DNA of 57,159 nt from Clostridia bacterium (GCA_017452895.1 JAFTLE010000071.1:1-57159); one strand, 5' to 3'. Shown: positions 8,676-18,135, numbered from the stretch's first letter. Notes: generated from the sequence alone by a model not told the origin. Numbers and translations: made by a program.

Positions 8676-9365
8676 ATGGCACAGCTGATCTGCCGCGAGC
8701 TTGCCCTCGGCTACGACGGGCACGCGATCGTAGAGCATTTGAATTTTTCGGTAGAGCGCGGCGACTATCTCGTCGTCGTCGGCGAAAACGGCAGTGGAAA
8801 ATCCACGCTGATGAAGACGCTTTTACATCTGATCCCCCCGCTGTCGGGCGAGATCTCGCTCGGGGACGGCTTGACGAAAAACCGCATCGGCTACCTTCCC
8901 CAGCAAACGCCGATCCAGCGCGACTTTCCCGCATCGGTTGAGGAGATCGTGCGATCGGGCACCGTCGGCGGAAAATTCCGCCCCTTCCTTTCCGCCGCGG
9001 ATAAGGCACGCGCCGCGGAAAATATGGAGCGGATGGGCATCACCTCGCTTGCCAAGATGCCCTACCGCGACCTCTCGGGCGGTCAGCAGCAGCGCGTTTT
9101 ACTTGCGCGTGCGCTTTGCGCCGCCGACTCGATGCTTCTGCTTGACGAGCCGACCGCGGGGCTTGACCCGCTCGTGACTGAGCAGATGTACGAGCTGATC
9201 GCCGCCCTCCACCGTGAGGGGATGACGGTCATTATGATCTCGCACGATATCGCTGCCGCAATGCGTGACGCAACGCATATTCTGCACGTCGGGAAGACGC
9301 TTTTCTTCGGCACGCGGCAGGATTATCTTGAAAATGCGGGCGCGGGATTTTTTAAGTCCGAATAA
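8676..9365 (+). CDS. znuC: metal ABC transporter ATP-binding protein
   Basis: Walker A GENGSGKST, signature LSGGQQQR, Walker B LLLDEPTAGLD. It lies 10 nt after znuA. Confidence 0.85.
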   Translation: MAQLICRELALGYDGHAIVEHLNFSVERGDYLVVVGENGSGKSTLMKTLLHLIPPLSGEISLGDGLTKNRIGYLPQQTPIQRDFPASVEEIVRSGTVGGKFRPFLSAADKARAAENMERMGITSLAKMPYRDLSGGQQQRVLLARALCAADSMLLLDEPTAGLDPLVTEQMYELIAALHREGMTVIMISHDIAAAMRDATHILHVGKTLFFGTRQDYLENAGAGFFKSE

Positions 9366-9378
9366 GCGCATCTTTGTA

Positions 9379-9407
9379 TTGACTTTTTCCGCGCTTTGCG
9401 ATATACT
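9379..9407 (+). promoter_or_regulatory. sigma-A-like promoter of the pfl operon
   Basis: TTGACT (9379-9384), a 17-nt spacer, then TATACT (9402-9407). Confidence 0.5.
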
Positions 9408-9414
9408 TAAATTA

Positions 9415-9482
9415 ACAAATGACTGACGGATTTGCGGAGCACCGCGAGGGAATATTTGGAATCAAGCCGACCGTCTGGGCTG
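9415..9482 (+). promoter_or_regulatory. ZTP riboswitch (pfl motif)
   Basis: Core ATGACTGACGGA (9419-9430), P2-like hairpin GCGG-AGCA-CCGC, a linker, then GCCGACCGTCTGGGC (9466-9480). GACGG (9425-9429) is complementary to CCGTC (9471-9475), which is the class-defining pseudoknot. It lies in the 5' leader of pflB, the gene the motif was named for. Confidence 0.8.
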
Positions 9483-9510
9483 TTCTGTCTTGAGAAAGGG
9501 AGAATAGAAT

Positions 9511-11742
9511 ATGAAACACAAAAATTGGAACGGATTTAAGGAAGGAGTCTGGCAGGACACGATCAACGTCCGCGACTTCATTCAGCAAAACTACACGGCG
9601 TACGAGGGCGACAGCGCCTTTCTTGCGGGCGCGACCCCGCGCACCTCGGATATGATGAAGAAGGTGAACGCGCTTTTCGCGCTGGAGCGTCAGTTTGGCG
9701 GTGTCCTTGACATCGACACGGCGACCGTCTCCTCGCTCACGAGCTTCTCGCCCGGTTATATTGATAAGGAAAACGAGCTGATCGTGGGTCTTCAGACCAA
9801 TCGACCGCTCAAGCGCAGCGTCAACCCCTTCGGCGGTATGCGCATGGTGAAAAACGCCTGCGAGGCGTACGGCTACAAGCTCAGCCCGAAGGTGGAGGAG
9901 GAATTCCGCTTCCGCACCACGCACAACGACGGCGTTTTCCGCGCCTACACCGACGAGATGCGCGCGGCGCGTAAGTGCCACGTCATCACGGGTCTTCCCG
10001 ACGCCTACGGCCGCGGCCGCATCATCGGCGACTACCGCCGCGTGGCACTCTACGGCATCGACCGACTGATCGAGGAAAAGAAGAAGGACAAGGGGGCGCT
10101 CTGTGAGCTGCCCTTTGACTCCGAGCATATCCGCCGTAACGAGGAGCTGTTCCAGCAGATCACCTTCCTCGGATATATGAAGGAAATGGCGGCAATGTAC
10201 GGCTTCGATATCTCCGAGCCTGCCAAGAACGCAAAGGAAGCGATCCAGTGGACCTACTTCGGCTATCTTGCGGCGATCAAGGAGCAAAACGGCGCCGCAA
10301 TGTCGCTCGGACGCGTCAGCAGCTTCTTTGATATCTATATCGAGCGCGACCTTAAAAACGGCACGCTGACCGAGGATGCGGCGCAGGAGCTGATCGACGA
10401 CTTCGTCATCAAGCTCCGTATGGCACGCCACCTGCGCACCCCCGAATACAACGAGCTGTTCGGCGGTGACCCGATGTGGATCACCGAGGCGGTCGGCGGT
10501 ATGGGTGAGGACGGACGCACGCTCGTCACCAAAAGCAGCTTCCGCATTCTCAACACGCTCTACACGCTCGGCTCGTCGCCTGAGCCGAACCTGACGGTGC
10601 TGTGGTCGACCAGGCTCCCAGAGGGCTTCAAGCGCTTCTGCGCGCAGGTCTCTGCCGATACCGACTCGATCCAATACGAAAACGACGATCTGATGCGCCC
10701 GATCTACGGCGACGATTACGCGATTGCCTGCTGCGTTTCGGCGATGCAGGTCGGCCGACAAATGCAGTTCTTCGGCGCACGCTGCAACCTTGCGAAGCTT
10801 TTGCTCATCGCGATCAACGGCGGCTACGATACCACGAGCGGCATGCACATCGGTCCGCAGATGCCCGTTCTTTCGGGCGGCTCGCTCGACTATGACGAGG
10901 TCACAGCGCGCCTGGACATCTATATCGCTTGGCTCTCGCGCCTATACGTGAATACGATGAACGTCATTCACTATATGCACGATAAATACGCCTATGAAAA
11001 ATCGCAGATGGCACTGCACGATACCGAGGTCACGCGCTTTATGGCGTTCGGCATCGCGGGGCTTTCGGTCATCACCGACTCGCTTAGCGCCATCAAGCAC
11101 GCACGCGTCACGCCCGTGACGGACGAGCAGGGCTTCATCGTCCGCTTCGAGACCGAGGGCGACTTCCCGAAGTACGGCAACGACGATGACAGGGTCGACC
11201 TGATTGCCAAGGAGCTGACGCACAAGATGATCACCGAGCTGCGTAAAACGCCGACCTACCGCGGCGCGATCCATACGCTCTCGGTGCTGACCATCACCTC
11301 GAATGTTATGTACGGCAAGCACACGGGCGCAACGCCTGACGGCCGCGCCGCCGCACAGCCCTTCGCCCCGGGTGCGAACCCGATGCACAACCGTGAGGAA
11401 AACGGTGCGCTCGCCTCGCTCAACTCGGTGGCAAAGCTCAGCTACGACGATTGCCGCGACGGCATCTCGAACACCTTCTCGATCACGCCGGAGGCACTTG
11501 GGCGAAACGGGGAGGAGCGCGTGACGAACCTCGTCACGATCCTTGACGGCTACTTCGGCAAGGGCGCGCACCACATCAACGTCAACGTTCTGAACCGCGA
11601 AACGCTTCTGAAGGCGTACGAGGATCCCGAGGCGTATCCTAACCTGACCATCCGCGTTTCGGGCTACGCCGTGAACTTCCATAAGCTCTCGCGTGAGCAG
11701 CAGCGGGAGGTCATCAGCCGTACCTTCCACGAGGTGCTTTGA
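9511..11742 (+). CDS. pflB: pyruvate formate-lyase (formate C-acetyltransferase)
   Basis: 743 aa. Glycyl-radical motif RVSGYAVNF near the C-terminus, active-site CC (IACCVS), and full-length PFL-like sequence. Confidence 0.97.
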   Translation: MKHKNWNGFKEGVWQDTINVRDFIQQNYTAYEGDSAFLAGATPRTSDMMKKVNALFALERQFGGVLDIDTATVSSLTSFSPGYIDKENELIVGLQTNRPLKRSVNPFGGMRMVKNACEAYGYKLSPKVEEEFRFRTTHNDGVFRAYTDEMRAARKCHVITGLPDAYGRGRIIGDYRRVALYGIDRLIEEKKKDKGALCELPFDSEHIRRNEELFQQITFLGYMKEMAAMYGFDISEPAKNAKEAIQWTYFGYLAAIKEQNGAAMSLGRVSSFFDIYIERDLKNGTLTEDAAQELIDDFVIKLRMARHLRTPEYNELFGGDPMWITEAVGGMGEDGRTLVTKSSFRILNTLYTLGSSPEPNLTVLWSTRLPEGFKRFCAQVSADTDSIQYENDDLMRPIYGDDYAIACCVSAMQVGRQMQFFGARCNLAKLLLIAINGGYDTTSGMHIGPQMPVLSGGSLDYDEVTARLDIYIAWLSRLYVNTMNVIHYMHDKYAYEKSQMALHDTEVTRFMAFGIAGLSVITDSLSAIKHARVTPVTDEQGFIVRFETEGDFPKYGNDDDRVDLIAKELTHKMITELRKTPTYRGAIHTLSVLTITSNVMYGKHTGATPDGRAAAQPFAPGANPMHNREENGALASLNSVAKLSYDDCRDGISNTFSITPEALGRNGEERVTNLVTILDGYFGKGAHHINVNVLNRETLLKAYEDPEAYPNLTIRVSGYAVNFHKLSREQQREVISRTFHEVL

Positions 11743-12467
11743 TGAACGGTAGAAAGGGACGCGTACATTCGATCCAGACGCTCGGCACGCTTGACGGGCC
11801 GGGCGTCCGTTTCGTTGTATTCTTACAGGGGTGTCCGCTTCGTTGCGGCGTTTGCCACAACCCCGACACGCACGATCCCACGGGCGGCAGAGAATACGCC
11901 GCCACCGCGCTTGCGGAGCGCGCCCTGCGCTACCGCGAATATTTCGGGCGTGAGGGGGGCGTGACCCTCTCGGGCGGTGAGCCGCTTTTGCAGGCAGACT
12001 TTGCCGCCGCGTTTTTCAAGGAGTGCCACGCGCGCGGGCTTCACACCTGCCTTGACACCTCGGGGTGTATTCTGAGCGGCGCTGTACGCACGCTGCTTTC
12101 GCACACCGACCGCGTACTGCTTGATATCAAGTATAAAAACGACGCACTCTACCGCACGCACGTCGGATGCGGCATTGACACGCCGCTGTCCTTCCTTGCG
12201 GAGCTGTCCGCGCGTAACATTCCGACCACGCTCCGTCAGGTTACGGTGCCAAGACTCAACGACGACGCGGAAAACGACGCGTTTTTAGCGGAGCTGATCC
12301 ACTCGCACCCGAATATCGACGCGATCGAGCTTTTGCCCTTTCGCAAGCTCTGCTCCGTCAAGTATGAAAACCTCGGTATCCCCTTCCCCCTCGCGCACTA
12401 TCCCGAGCCCGACGCTTCCGCGGTCGCCGCGCGTGAGCACGCGCTTTCCGCGTTTCTATGCAAATAA
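11742..12467 (+). CDS. pflA: pyruvate formate-lyase activating enzyme (radical SAM)
   Basis: ATG 11742 overlaps the pflB stop (TGATG) with a GAGGTG RBS. CPLRCGVCHNPD is a CxxxCxxC cluster motif. The track start at 11739 is a TTG one codon upstream. Confidence 0.93.
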   Translation: MNGRKGRVHSIQTLGTLDGPGVRFVVFLQGCPLRCGVCHNPDTHDPTGGREYAATALAERALRYREYFGREGGVTLSGGEPLLQADFAAAFFKECHARGLHTCLDTSGCILSGAVRTLLSHTDRVLLDIKYKNDALYRTHVGCGIDTPLSFLAELSARNIPTTLRQVTVPRLNDDAENDAFLAELIHSHPNIDAIELLPFRKLCSVKYENLGIPFPLAHYPEPDASAVAAREHALSAFLCK

Positions 12468-12500
12468 AAAAGAGACTGTCGCAAGACAGTCTCTTTTTTA
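12465..12500. terminator. bidirectional intrinsic terminator (pflA / permease)
   Basis: AAAAAAGAGACTGTC-GCAA-GACAGTCTCTTTTTT between convergent genes. Confidence 0.8.
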
Positions 12501-12512
12501 TTTGTCTTTTTA

Positions 12513-14027
12513 TCAGAGAACCGTAGGAACGAAGAAGTAGACCGCAAAGAGGATCGATACGATGATCGAAACCACGGAGATGCTCCACTTCGGACGCTCG
12601 GTCTTGGTGATCGCGCTCTTGATCAGCTCAACGAGGTAAGCAACGAGCGACATCAGCGTGTAGGAGAGCAGACCGACACCGATACCCTTAGTGATCGAGT
12701 AGGACAGAACCATTACGACGATCGTCAGGAATGCGGCGGTCGCGTTGATCGCGTTGCTGAAGTCAACGCTCTTGACGTTGTTCTTCATCATCAGAACGCC
12801 GACGTAGATCAGCGCCGATGCAGTTGCAGCCGACGGAATTGCGGCAAACAGAGGCAGCGCGAACATCGAGAGGAAGAACATAGTCGCGGTGGTGAGCGCG
12901 GTTAGACCGGTTCTACCGCCTGCGGATACGCCCGCACCCGACTCAACGAAGGTGGTGACCGTCGAGGTACCGAGCATTGCACCCGCACAGGTAGCAACTG
13001 CGTCGGAGAGCATGATTTTACCGTAGTTGTGGGGCTTATCGTTCTCGTCGGACAGGATTCTGTTACCGCCGCAGCAGCCAACGATCGTGCCCATCGTGTC
13101 GAACATATCGATCATGCACATCGTGATGATCAGCATGATAACGGTAAAGAGAGAGCCCTCGGGGAAGCCGGTCTTGAATACGTCGGTGAAGGAGCCGAAT
13201 ACCGAGCCCTCACCAACCGAGAAGAAGTTCTCAAAGTTTTCCCAGAACTTCCAGGAGATCGCGCCGTTGCCCTTGATGATCGAAAGATCGGTCACGCCGA
13301 AGGGGATACCGACGACGGTCGCGCCGATGATGCCGAGAATGACCGAGCCCTTCACTGCGAGCTTGTCGAGGATCGCAATGAGGAACAGACCGATCAGTGC
13401 AACGAGTGCGCTCTTCGATGCGATCGCAACACCCTTACCGACGTTGATGACCTGCTCACCCCAGTTGGTGAGGTCAACGAAGCCGACCTGCGTGTACTGG
13501 TTGTGAATGATCACGCCTGCATTCTGGAAGCCGATGTAAGCAATGAACAGACCAATACCGACCGAGATCGCGCTTCTGACAGCCACGGGCATACCGTCGA
13601 AGATCAGCTCGCGGAAGGTCTTACCCTTGATCTTAATCAGCGAGAGTGCAAGGAAGAGCACGCCCGAGATCAGGACCATCATAAAAGCCTGTCCGATGGT
13701 AAATGCAAACTTGTAGGAATAGAAGCCGATACCGCCGCCGATAACCGAGCCGACCAGCGAGTTCAGACCCATACCCGATGCCTGCGCCAGCGGCATCTTT
13801 GCGAGGAACGCCATGAGAAGCGTACCGATGATCGCACCCAGTGCGGTCGCGATGAAAAGAGACGACCACCTCGGATCCGCAACGCTCGCGTAAAGGATCG
13901 AGTTCGGGTTGACCGTCAGAATGTACGCCATTGCAAGGAAGGTAACGATACCTGCAATGATCTCGGTTCTGACGTTCGTCTTCTTTTCTACGGGATCATA
14001 CCCAAGAAGCTTTGAGAACTTGTTCAT
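12513..14027 (-). CDS. NCS2/AzgA-family purine (adenine/guanine/hypoxanthine) permease
   Basis: Start MNKFSKLLGYDPVEKKTNVRTEIIAGIVTFLAMAYI at ATG 14025-14027 with an AAAGGAGG RBS. Multi-TM protein with typical PbuG/AzgA N-terminal wording. Confidence 0.9.
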   Translation of the reverse strand: MNKFSKLLGYDPVEKKTNVRTEIIAGIVTFLAMAYILTVNPNSILYASVADPRWSSLFIATALGAIIGTLLMAFLAKMPLAQASGMGLNSLVGSVIGGGIGFYSYKFAFTIGQAFMMVLISGVLFLALSLIKIKGKTFRELIFDGMPVAVRSAISVGIGLFIAYIGFQNAGVIIHNQYTQVGFVDLTNWGEQVINVGKGVAIASKSALVALIGLFLIAILDKLAVKGSVILGIIGATVVGIPFGVTDLSIIKGNGAISWKFWENFENFFSVGEGSVFGSFTDVFKTGFPEGSLFTVIMLIITMCMIDMFDTMGTIVGCCGGNRILSDENDKPHNYGKIMLSDAVATCAGAMLGTSTVTTFVESGAGVSAGGRTGLTALTTATMFFLSMFALPLFAAIPSAATASALIYVGVLMMKNNVKSVDFSNAINATAAFLTIVVMVLSYSITKGIGVGLLSYTLMSLVAYLVELIKSAITKTERPKWSISVVSIIVSILFAVYFFVPTVL

Positions 14028-14067
14028 AAGAACCTCCTTTGTGTGCCTTTGGCACAAATTTAAGTAT

Positions 14068-14096
14068 ATTTTAACACAGTTTTGTGGAAAATGCAA
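14068..14096 (-). promoter_or_regulatory. sigma-A-like promoter of the purine permease gene
   Basis: On the minus strand: TTGCAT (14091-14096), a 17-nt spacer, then TAAAAT (14068-14073). This leaves a leader of only about 35 nt. Confidence 0.5.
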
Positions 14097-14347
14097 TATT
14101 TTTTGACATTTTTTTGATAAAAGAGGCCGTCTCCAATACAAGCGTTGAGAGAGCCCCCGTCATTCGGATGACCGCCGTAGATCGCTCTTTGCGGCATCTG
14201 CGGATCGGAAAGCAGCCTGCGGTTGTCAAAGCAACCGTCCGCCTGCGGTGCCGGCACACGCTCAATACAGTCGTTGACCGACTGCCGTTGTGTTTGAAGT
14301 GAAGAGCTTGAAAAATTCCATAAGCATCTCGAAATGTAAAGTTTTAT

Positions 14348-14836
14348 TTACAGAATCTGCATTAGCTTTTCAATATAATCGTAGCCGCAGAACTCGCCGC
14401 TTTTGCACAGCGACAGCACCTCGTCCTTGGTGCAAAGGCGCAAATCCGTGGTCTCCCCTTCCTGCAAGCGCACCTCGGCGGCGGTGAAATCCGCGTCAAA
14501 GAGCCAGATGTCGCCGTGCCAATCGCCCCGTGTGTAGGAGATCAGGCATTGGCGGCGCGACGCGGTGTGGTCGATGCCCGTTTCCTCGCGCGTTTCGCGC
14601 AGGGCCGCCATCTCGCTCGTCTCCCCCGCAAGGGCGGAGCCGCCCGTGCATTCCCAGCAATTGGGAAAGGGGTACTTGTCCGGAGCGCGGCGCGTCAGAA
14701 GAAGACGTCCCTGTTTATCGCGCACCCAGACGTGGATGACGAGGTGATACTCGCCCGCGGCAAGCGGCGTGCCGCGCAGATGCGTACGCCCCGTTTTGTT
14801 TCTATCCTTATCGTAAACGTCCCAAAGCTCTGCCAC
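14348..14836 (-). CDS. Nudix hydrolase
   Basis: Nudix box GGSALAGETSEMAALRETREETGI. The preferred start is GTG 14834-14836, 6 nt after GGAGGG. The track start at 14860 is an upstream GTG without an RBS. Confidence 0.8.
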   Translation of the reverse strand: MAELWDVYDKDRNKTGRTHLRGTPLAAGEYHLVIHVWVRDKQGRLLLTRRAPDKYPFPNCWECTGGSALAGETSEMAALRETREETGIDHTASRRQCLISYTRGDWHGDIWLFDADFTAAEVRLQEGETTDLRLCTKDEVLSLCKSGEFCGYDYIEKLMQIL

Positions 14837-14870
14837 GCTCTTCCCTCCTTCATTGAACACTTTTTTTACA

Positions 14871-14898
14871 TTCTATCACACAGCCTCCGAAAATGCAA
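14871..14898 (-). promoter_or_regulatory. sigma-A-like promoter of the Nudix gene
   Basis: On the minus strand: TTGCAT (14893-14898), a 16-nt spacer, then TAGAAT (14871-14876). Confidence 0.45.
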
Positions 14899-14899
14899 C

Positions 14900-14920
14900 A
14901 AAAAACGGGCTTTCGCCCGT
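14900..14920 (-). terminator. intrinsic terminator after the PRTase-like gene
   Basis: ACGGGC-TTTC-GCCCGT. On the minus strand it is followed by TTTTTTG. Confidence 0.7.
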
Positions 14921-14934
14921 TTTCAGATAATTTT

Positions 14935-15576
14935 TCAAAGCTTTGAGTAGCCGAAGCTGTTAACCAGCGCATCAATTTTTCTGCCCCGCTTGCACATCGG
15001 GCATTCGTGCGACGGATAGGTCGCATAGTCGTTCAGATCATTCGGGTCGAATGCGGCGTTGACGGTATAGCCCGCACACTTGTCCACCGTTGCGAATACG
15101 GCGCACACGCCCGCGATGACTCCGTTATAATACTTGATCGCCTCAATCGCAGCCTGCGCGGTGTAGCCCGTAGTGACCGATGCCGCAAGGATCAGAACGT
15201 TCTTTGCCTCAATCATCGGTACGATGTTATCACGGAAGATGATCTGGCTGCCCGTGGTATGCTCGGGCGTGACGACGTAGATCGTCTGATGCGCGTTGAG
15301 ATTCGTATAGTTTCCGCGCGTGAGCTGCTCTGCAAGGCAGGTACCGATGACCTCGGTTCCGTCAAGACAGAGGATCGTGTCGACGATGGTGTTTTGTCCG
15401 TAATAGGAGACCAGCTCCTCCGCAATCGCCGTCGCCTCGGAAAGACGCGTCTTTTGCGTGGTCACGTCGATATAATAGTTGATATGGCTATGGCTGGTCG
15501 CAAAATGTCCGGGCGTTACGCGCAAAAACAGATTGCGGCGCTTCGTGCGGATCTTGTAAGTGCTTTCGTTTGGCAT
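14935..15576 (-). CDS. type I phosphoribosyltransferase-fold protein (OPRT-like)
   Basis: 213 aa. PRPP-binding loop pattern VLILAASVTTGYT. C-terminal Cys pair HECPMCKRG. Confidence 0.75.
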   Translation of the reverse strand: MPNESTYKIRTKRRNLFLRVTPGHFATSHSHINYYIDVTTQKTRLSEATAIAEELVSYYGQNTIVDTILCLDGTEVIGTCLAEQLTRGNYTNLNAHQTIYVVTPEHTTGSQIIFRDNIVPMIEAKNVLILAASVTTGYTAQAAIEAIKYYNGVIAGVCAVFATVDKCAGYTVNAAFDPNDLNDYATYPSHECPMCKRGRKIDALVNSFGYSKL

Positions 15577-15648
15577 AAAATCACCCCTTTTTCTTTATTT
15601 TACCACAAAGCTCTTTTTCTTGTCAATCCTTTTTTGTCGACGGTGAGA

Positions 15649-15674
15649 AATGGAATCGGGGAATGGAATCGGGG
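15649..15674. repeat. tandem 13-bp direct repeat (2 copies)
   Basis: AATGGAATCGGGG occurs twice with no spacer, about 25 bp upstream of the -35 of the PRTase-like gene promoter on the minus strand. Confidence 0.6.
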
Positions 15675-15735
15675 GAGCTTTTGAAAAAGCTCCCCCGCAC
15701 CCCCGCAAAACCTTGCGGCGAGCAATGAAAAGATT

Positions 15736-16692
15736 TTATTGTTGCGCCTCTGCGTATTCCTTCTCCGTAATGGACAAAAGCATCTGCTTATCAACTTGTT
15801 TTTTCTTGGAGTCAATCACAACGTACACGACGACAAGCACCAAGACCAAAACGAACCAAAAGGAAACACCCGAAAAACAATCCATTTTACGAACGCCTCT
15901 CACGCCGCCTATTTCAAACAAACCTCCAAACAGTCTCGAAAAAACGACGTCAAAAAGCACGTACATAAAGAGTGCGTAAACCGTTTGCTGTCTGAAAGCA
16001 CTTCTTTTTTTCTTTTCGTCTCCGCTCTTTTTCAGCTGATTCACCATTAAAAGCGTTGTTTGATCAATTCCGCTCAATTCCTGTATTTCCGAGAATAGTT
16101 GCTTGCCCGCCATCACAGTAAGCATAACCATCGAAATAAGAATGAAATCAAGGAAAAGTCCCTCATAAAGAACCGAGACGAATACGATATCGCCTTTCCT
16201 TCCTTCTTCACCAAAAAGCATTTTTCCAAGCAGCTTCATGTCCTCAAAAAGCGAAAAGCGCTGTTCGATCTTCCCCTCAGTCCAAAACTTCTCTAGCGCT
16301 CCCTCGCTCTCCGGTATTTGCACCTGCAACAGCTCTTCAGCCGTGAGATCAGAGACGCTTCTCTCGCAGGTAAAGATCGGTGCAAATAAAACCGCAAGAA
16401 CGATTGCAATCGTAAGTGCGTTCTTCACAATTGAAAAGATCACGCTTCGCCGTACGGGCGCGCGGTATTCCTCACAGATCGCTTCCGTTGCGCTCTTTGC
16501 CGCGCTCGGTTCTTGCTTTTTCGCCTCGGGCTGATTCACGTAAAAGCCGCAGCTCATACAGATCGCCTGTCCTTCTGCGACCTCCTTGCCGCAGTGACCG
16601 CAAAATTTCGTGCCCGTGCCGTTGGCAAATCCGCATTTTACACAGATCGCGGCTTCCTCTTGGATTTCCTCTCCACAATTTTTACAGTACAT
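15736..16692 (-). CDS. double zinc-ribbon membrane protein
   Basis: Start MYCKNCGEEI at ATG 16690-16692 with a GGAGGAAAAC RBS. Two CxxC...CxxC ribbons (CKNCG..CVKCG, CGHCG..CMSCG) are followed by several TM helices. Confidence 0.75.
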   Translation of the reverse strand: MYCKNCGEEIQEEAAICVKCGFANGTGTKFCGHCGKEVAEGQAICMSCGFYVNQPEAKKQEPSAAKSATEAICEEYRAPVRRSVIFSIVKNALTIAIVLAVLFAPIFTCERSVSDLTAEELLQVQIPESEGALEKFWTEGKIEQRFSLFEDMKLLGKMLFGEEGRKGDIVFVSVLYEGLFLDFILISMVMLTVMAGKQLFSEIQELSGIDQTTLLMVNQLKKSGDEKKKRSAFRQQTVYALFMYVLFDVVFSRLFGGLFEIGGVRGVRKMDCFSGVSFWFVLVLVLVVVYVVIDSKKKQVDKQMLLSITEKEYAEAQQ

Positions 16693-16713
16693 TTGTTTTC
16701 CTCCGTTTTTCGA

Positions 16714-16733
16714 TTGCACCTATATAGGTGCAA
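16714..16733. promoter_or_regulatory. 20-bp perfect palindrome, candidate XRE operator
   Basis: TTGCACCTATATAGGTGCAA lies in the divergent intergenic region. A GTGCAA half-site recurs near 16785. Confidence 0.45.
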
Positions 16734-16803
16734 ACTAATCATAGCATACGATTATAATAAAGTCAAGCATTTGCTCCAAAATAAGTGCAAAAAATGAGGA
16801 AGT

Positions 16804-17037
16804 ATGAATAGCAAGGTCGAAAAACAGATCGGGAACAACATCCGTCGCCTTCGTGAGGCGGCGGGGATGACGCAGGAGATTCTGGCGGCGAGGCTGCAGC
16901 TTCGCGGCTGTGACGTTACGCGCAGTGCGCTTGCCAAGATCGAGGTCGGTCAACGCCACCTCTATCCCGACGAGATCCTGCTGATCAAGGAGATCTTAAA
17001 CGCGGAGTATGACGAGATCTTCGCCGTGCAAAAGTAA
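16804..17037 (+). CDS. XRE-family helix-turn-helix transcriptional regulator
   Basis: 77 aa. IGNNIRRLREAAGMTQEILAARLQL is a typical HTH_3 motif. Confidence 0.85.
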   Translation: MNSKVEKQIGNNIRRLREAAGMTQEILAARLQLRGCDVTRSALAKIEVGQRHLYPDEILLIKEILNAEYDEIFAVQK

Positions 17038-17066
17038 AAAGCCCCGGAAAATTCCGAGGCTTTTTT
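17036..17066. terminator. bidirectional terminator (XRE / gap)
   Basis: AAAAAGCCCCGGA-AAAT-TCCGAGGCTTTTTT between convergent genes, with one mismatch. Confidence 0.65.
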
Positions 17067-17079
17067 ATTGGCTTGCAGA

Positions 17080-18135
17080 TTAGATCTCAGCGAAATACTT
17101 AATCGTGCGAACCATCTGGCTGGTGTAGGAGTTCTCGTTGTCGTACCAGGAAACGACCTGAACCTGATAGGTGTCGTCGTCGATCTTTGCAACCATGGTC
17201 TGGGTAGCGTCGAACAGCGAGCCGTAACGCATACCGATGACGTCAGAGGAAACAATCTCGTCGGTGCTGTAGCCGAAGGACTCGTTTGCAGCTGCCTTCA
17301 TAGCGGCATTGATGCTCTCCTTGGTAACATCCTTGCCCTTAACGACTGCAACGAGCAGCGTGGTCGAGCCGGTGCAGGTGGGAACGCGCTGAGCCGAGCC
17401 GATGAGCTTGCCGTCGAGCTCGGGGATAACGAGACCGATTGCCTTTGCAGCGCCGGTGGAGTTCGGAACGATGTTCTGAGCACCTGCGCGAGCACGGCGG
17501 AGGTCACCCTTGCGGTGCGGGCCGTCAAGGATCATCTGGTCACCCGTGTAAGCGTGAACCGTGGTCATGATACCCGACTGGATCGGATATGCGTCATTCA
17601 GCGCCTTTGCCATAGGAGCGAGGCAGTTCGTGGTGCAGGATGCAGCCGAAATGATCTGGTCCTCCTTGGTCAGGATCTCGTTGTTTACGTTGAAAACGAT
17701 GGTCTTCAGGTCCTTACCTGCGGGAGCAGAAATAACGACCTTCTTTGCGCCTGCCTCGATGTGAGCCATGGACTTCTCCTTCGAGCAGTAGAAGCCGGTG
17801 CACTCGAGAACGACGTCAACGCCGATCTTACCCCAGGGCAGGTTTGCTGCCTTCGGCTCAGCGTAGATGGTGATCTCCTTACCGTCAACGGTGATGGAGC
17901 CGGGAGTGACAACGGTCTTGCCGTCCTCTGCATACTCTGCTTCCTTGTAGTCAACCGTGTGACCTGCGGCAACGTAGCTACCCTGAGCGGTATCGTACTT
18001 CAGAAGATGTGCCAGCATCTTGGGGCTGGTGAGGTCGTTGATCGCAACTACCTCGTAGCCGTCAGCACCGAACATTTGACGGAATGCAAGACGACCGATA
18101 CGGCCAAAGCCGTTAATCGCAACTTTAACAGACAT
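17080..18135 (-). CDS. gap: type I glyceraldehyde-3-phosphate dehydrogenase
   Basis: [12 protein letters not shown]-binding motif and active site SCTTNCLAP. Full-length, 351 aa. Confidence 0.97.
   Translation of the reverse strand: MSVKVAINGFGRIGRLAFRQMFGADGYEVVAINDLTSPKMLAHLLKYDTAQGSYVAAGHTVDYKEAEYAEDGKTVVTPGSITVDGKEITIYAEPKAANLPWGKIGVDVVLECTGFYCSKEKSMAHIEAGAKKVVISAPAGKDLKTIVFNVNNEILTKEDQIISAASCTTNCLAPMAKALNDAYPIQSGIMTTVHAYTGDQMILDGPHRKGDLRRARAGAQNIVPNSTGAAKAIGLVIPELDGKLIGSAQRVPTCTGSTTLLVAVVKGKDVTKESINAAMKAAANESFGYSTDEIVSSDVIGMRYGSLFDATQTMVAKIDDDTYQVQVVSWYDNENSYTSQMVRTIKYFAEI

Noticed and set aside
9412-10848. 478-aa ORF on the minus strand inside pflB
   Set aside because: It lies fully antisense to a gene with unmistakable PFL sequence. 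The translation is an Arg/Ala/Val/Asp/Leu-rich low-complexity product typical of antisense frames in GC-rich DNA, with no RBS or motif.
14028-14347. Purine (guanine/adenine) riboswitch in front of the NCS2 purine permease
   Set aside because: A good promoter at 14068-14096 leaves a leader of only about 35 nt. The upstream GC-rich region lacks the conserved J1-2/J2-3/J3-1 purine-riboswitch nucleotides (TATAAT...TTTCTACC...GACTA pattern).
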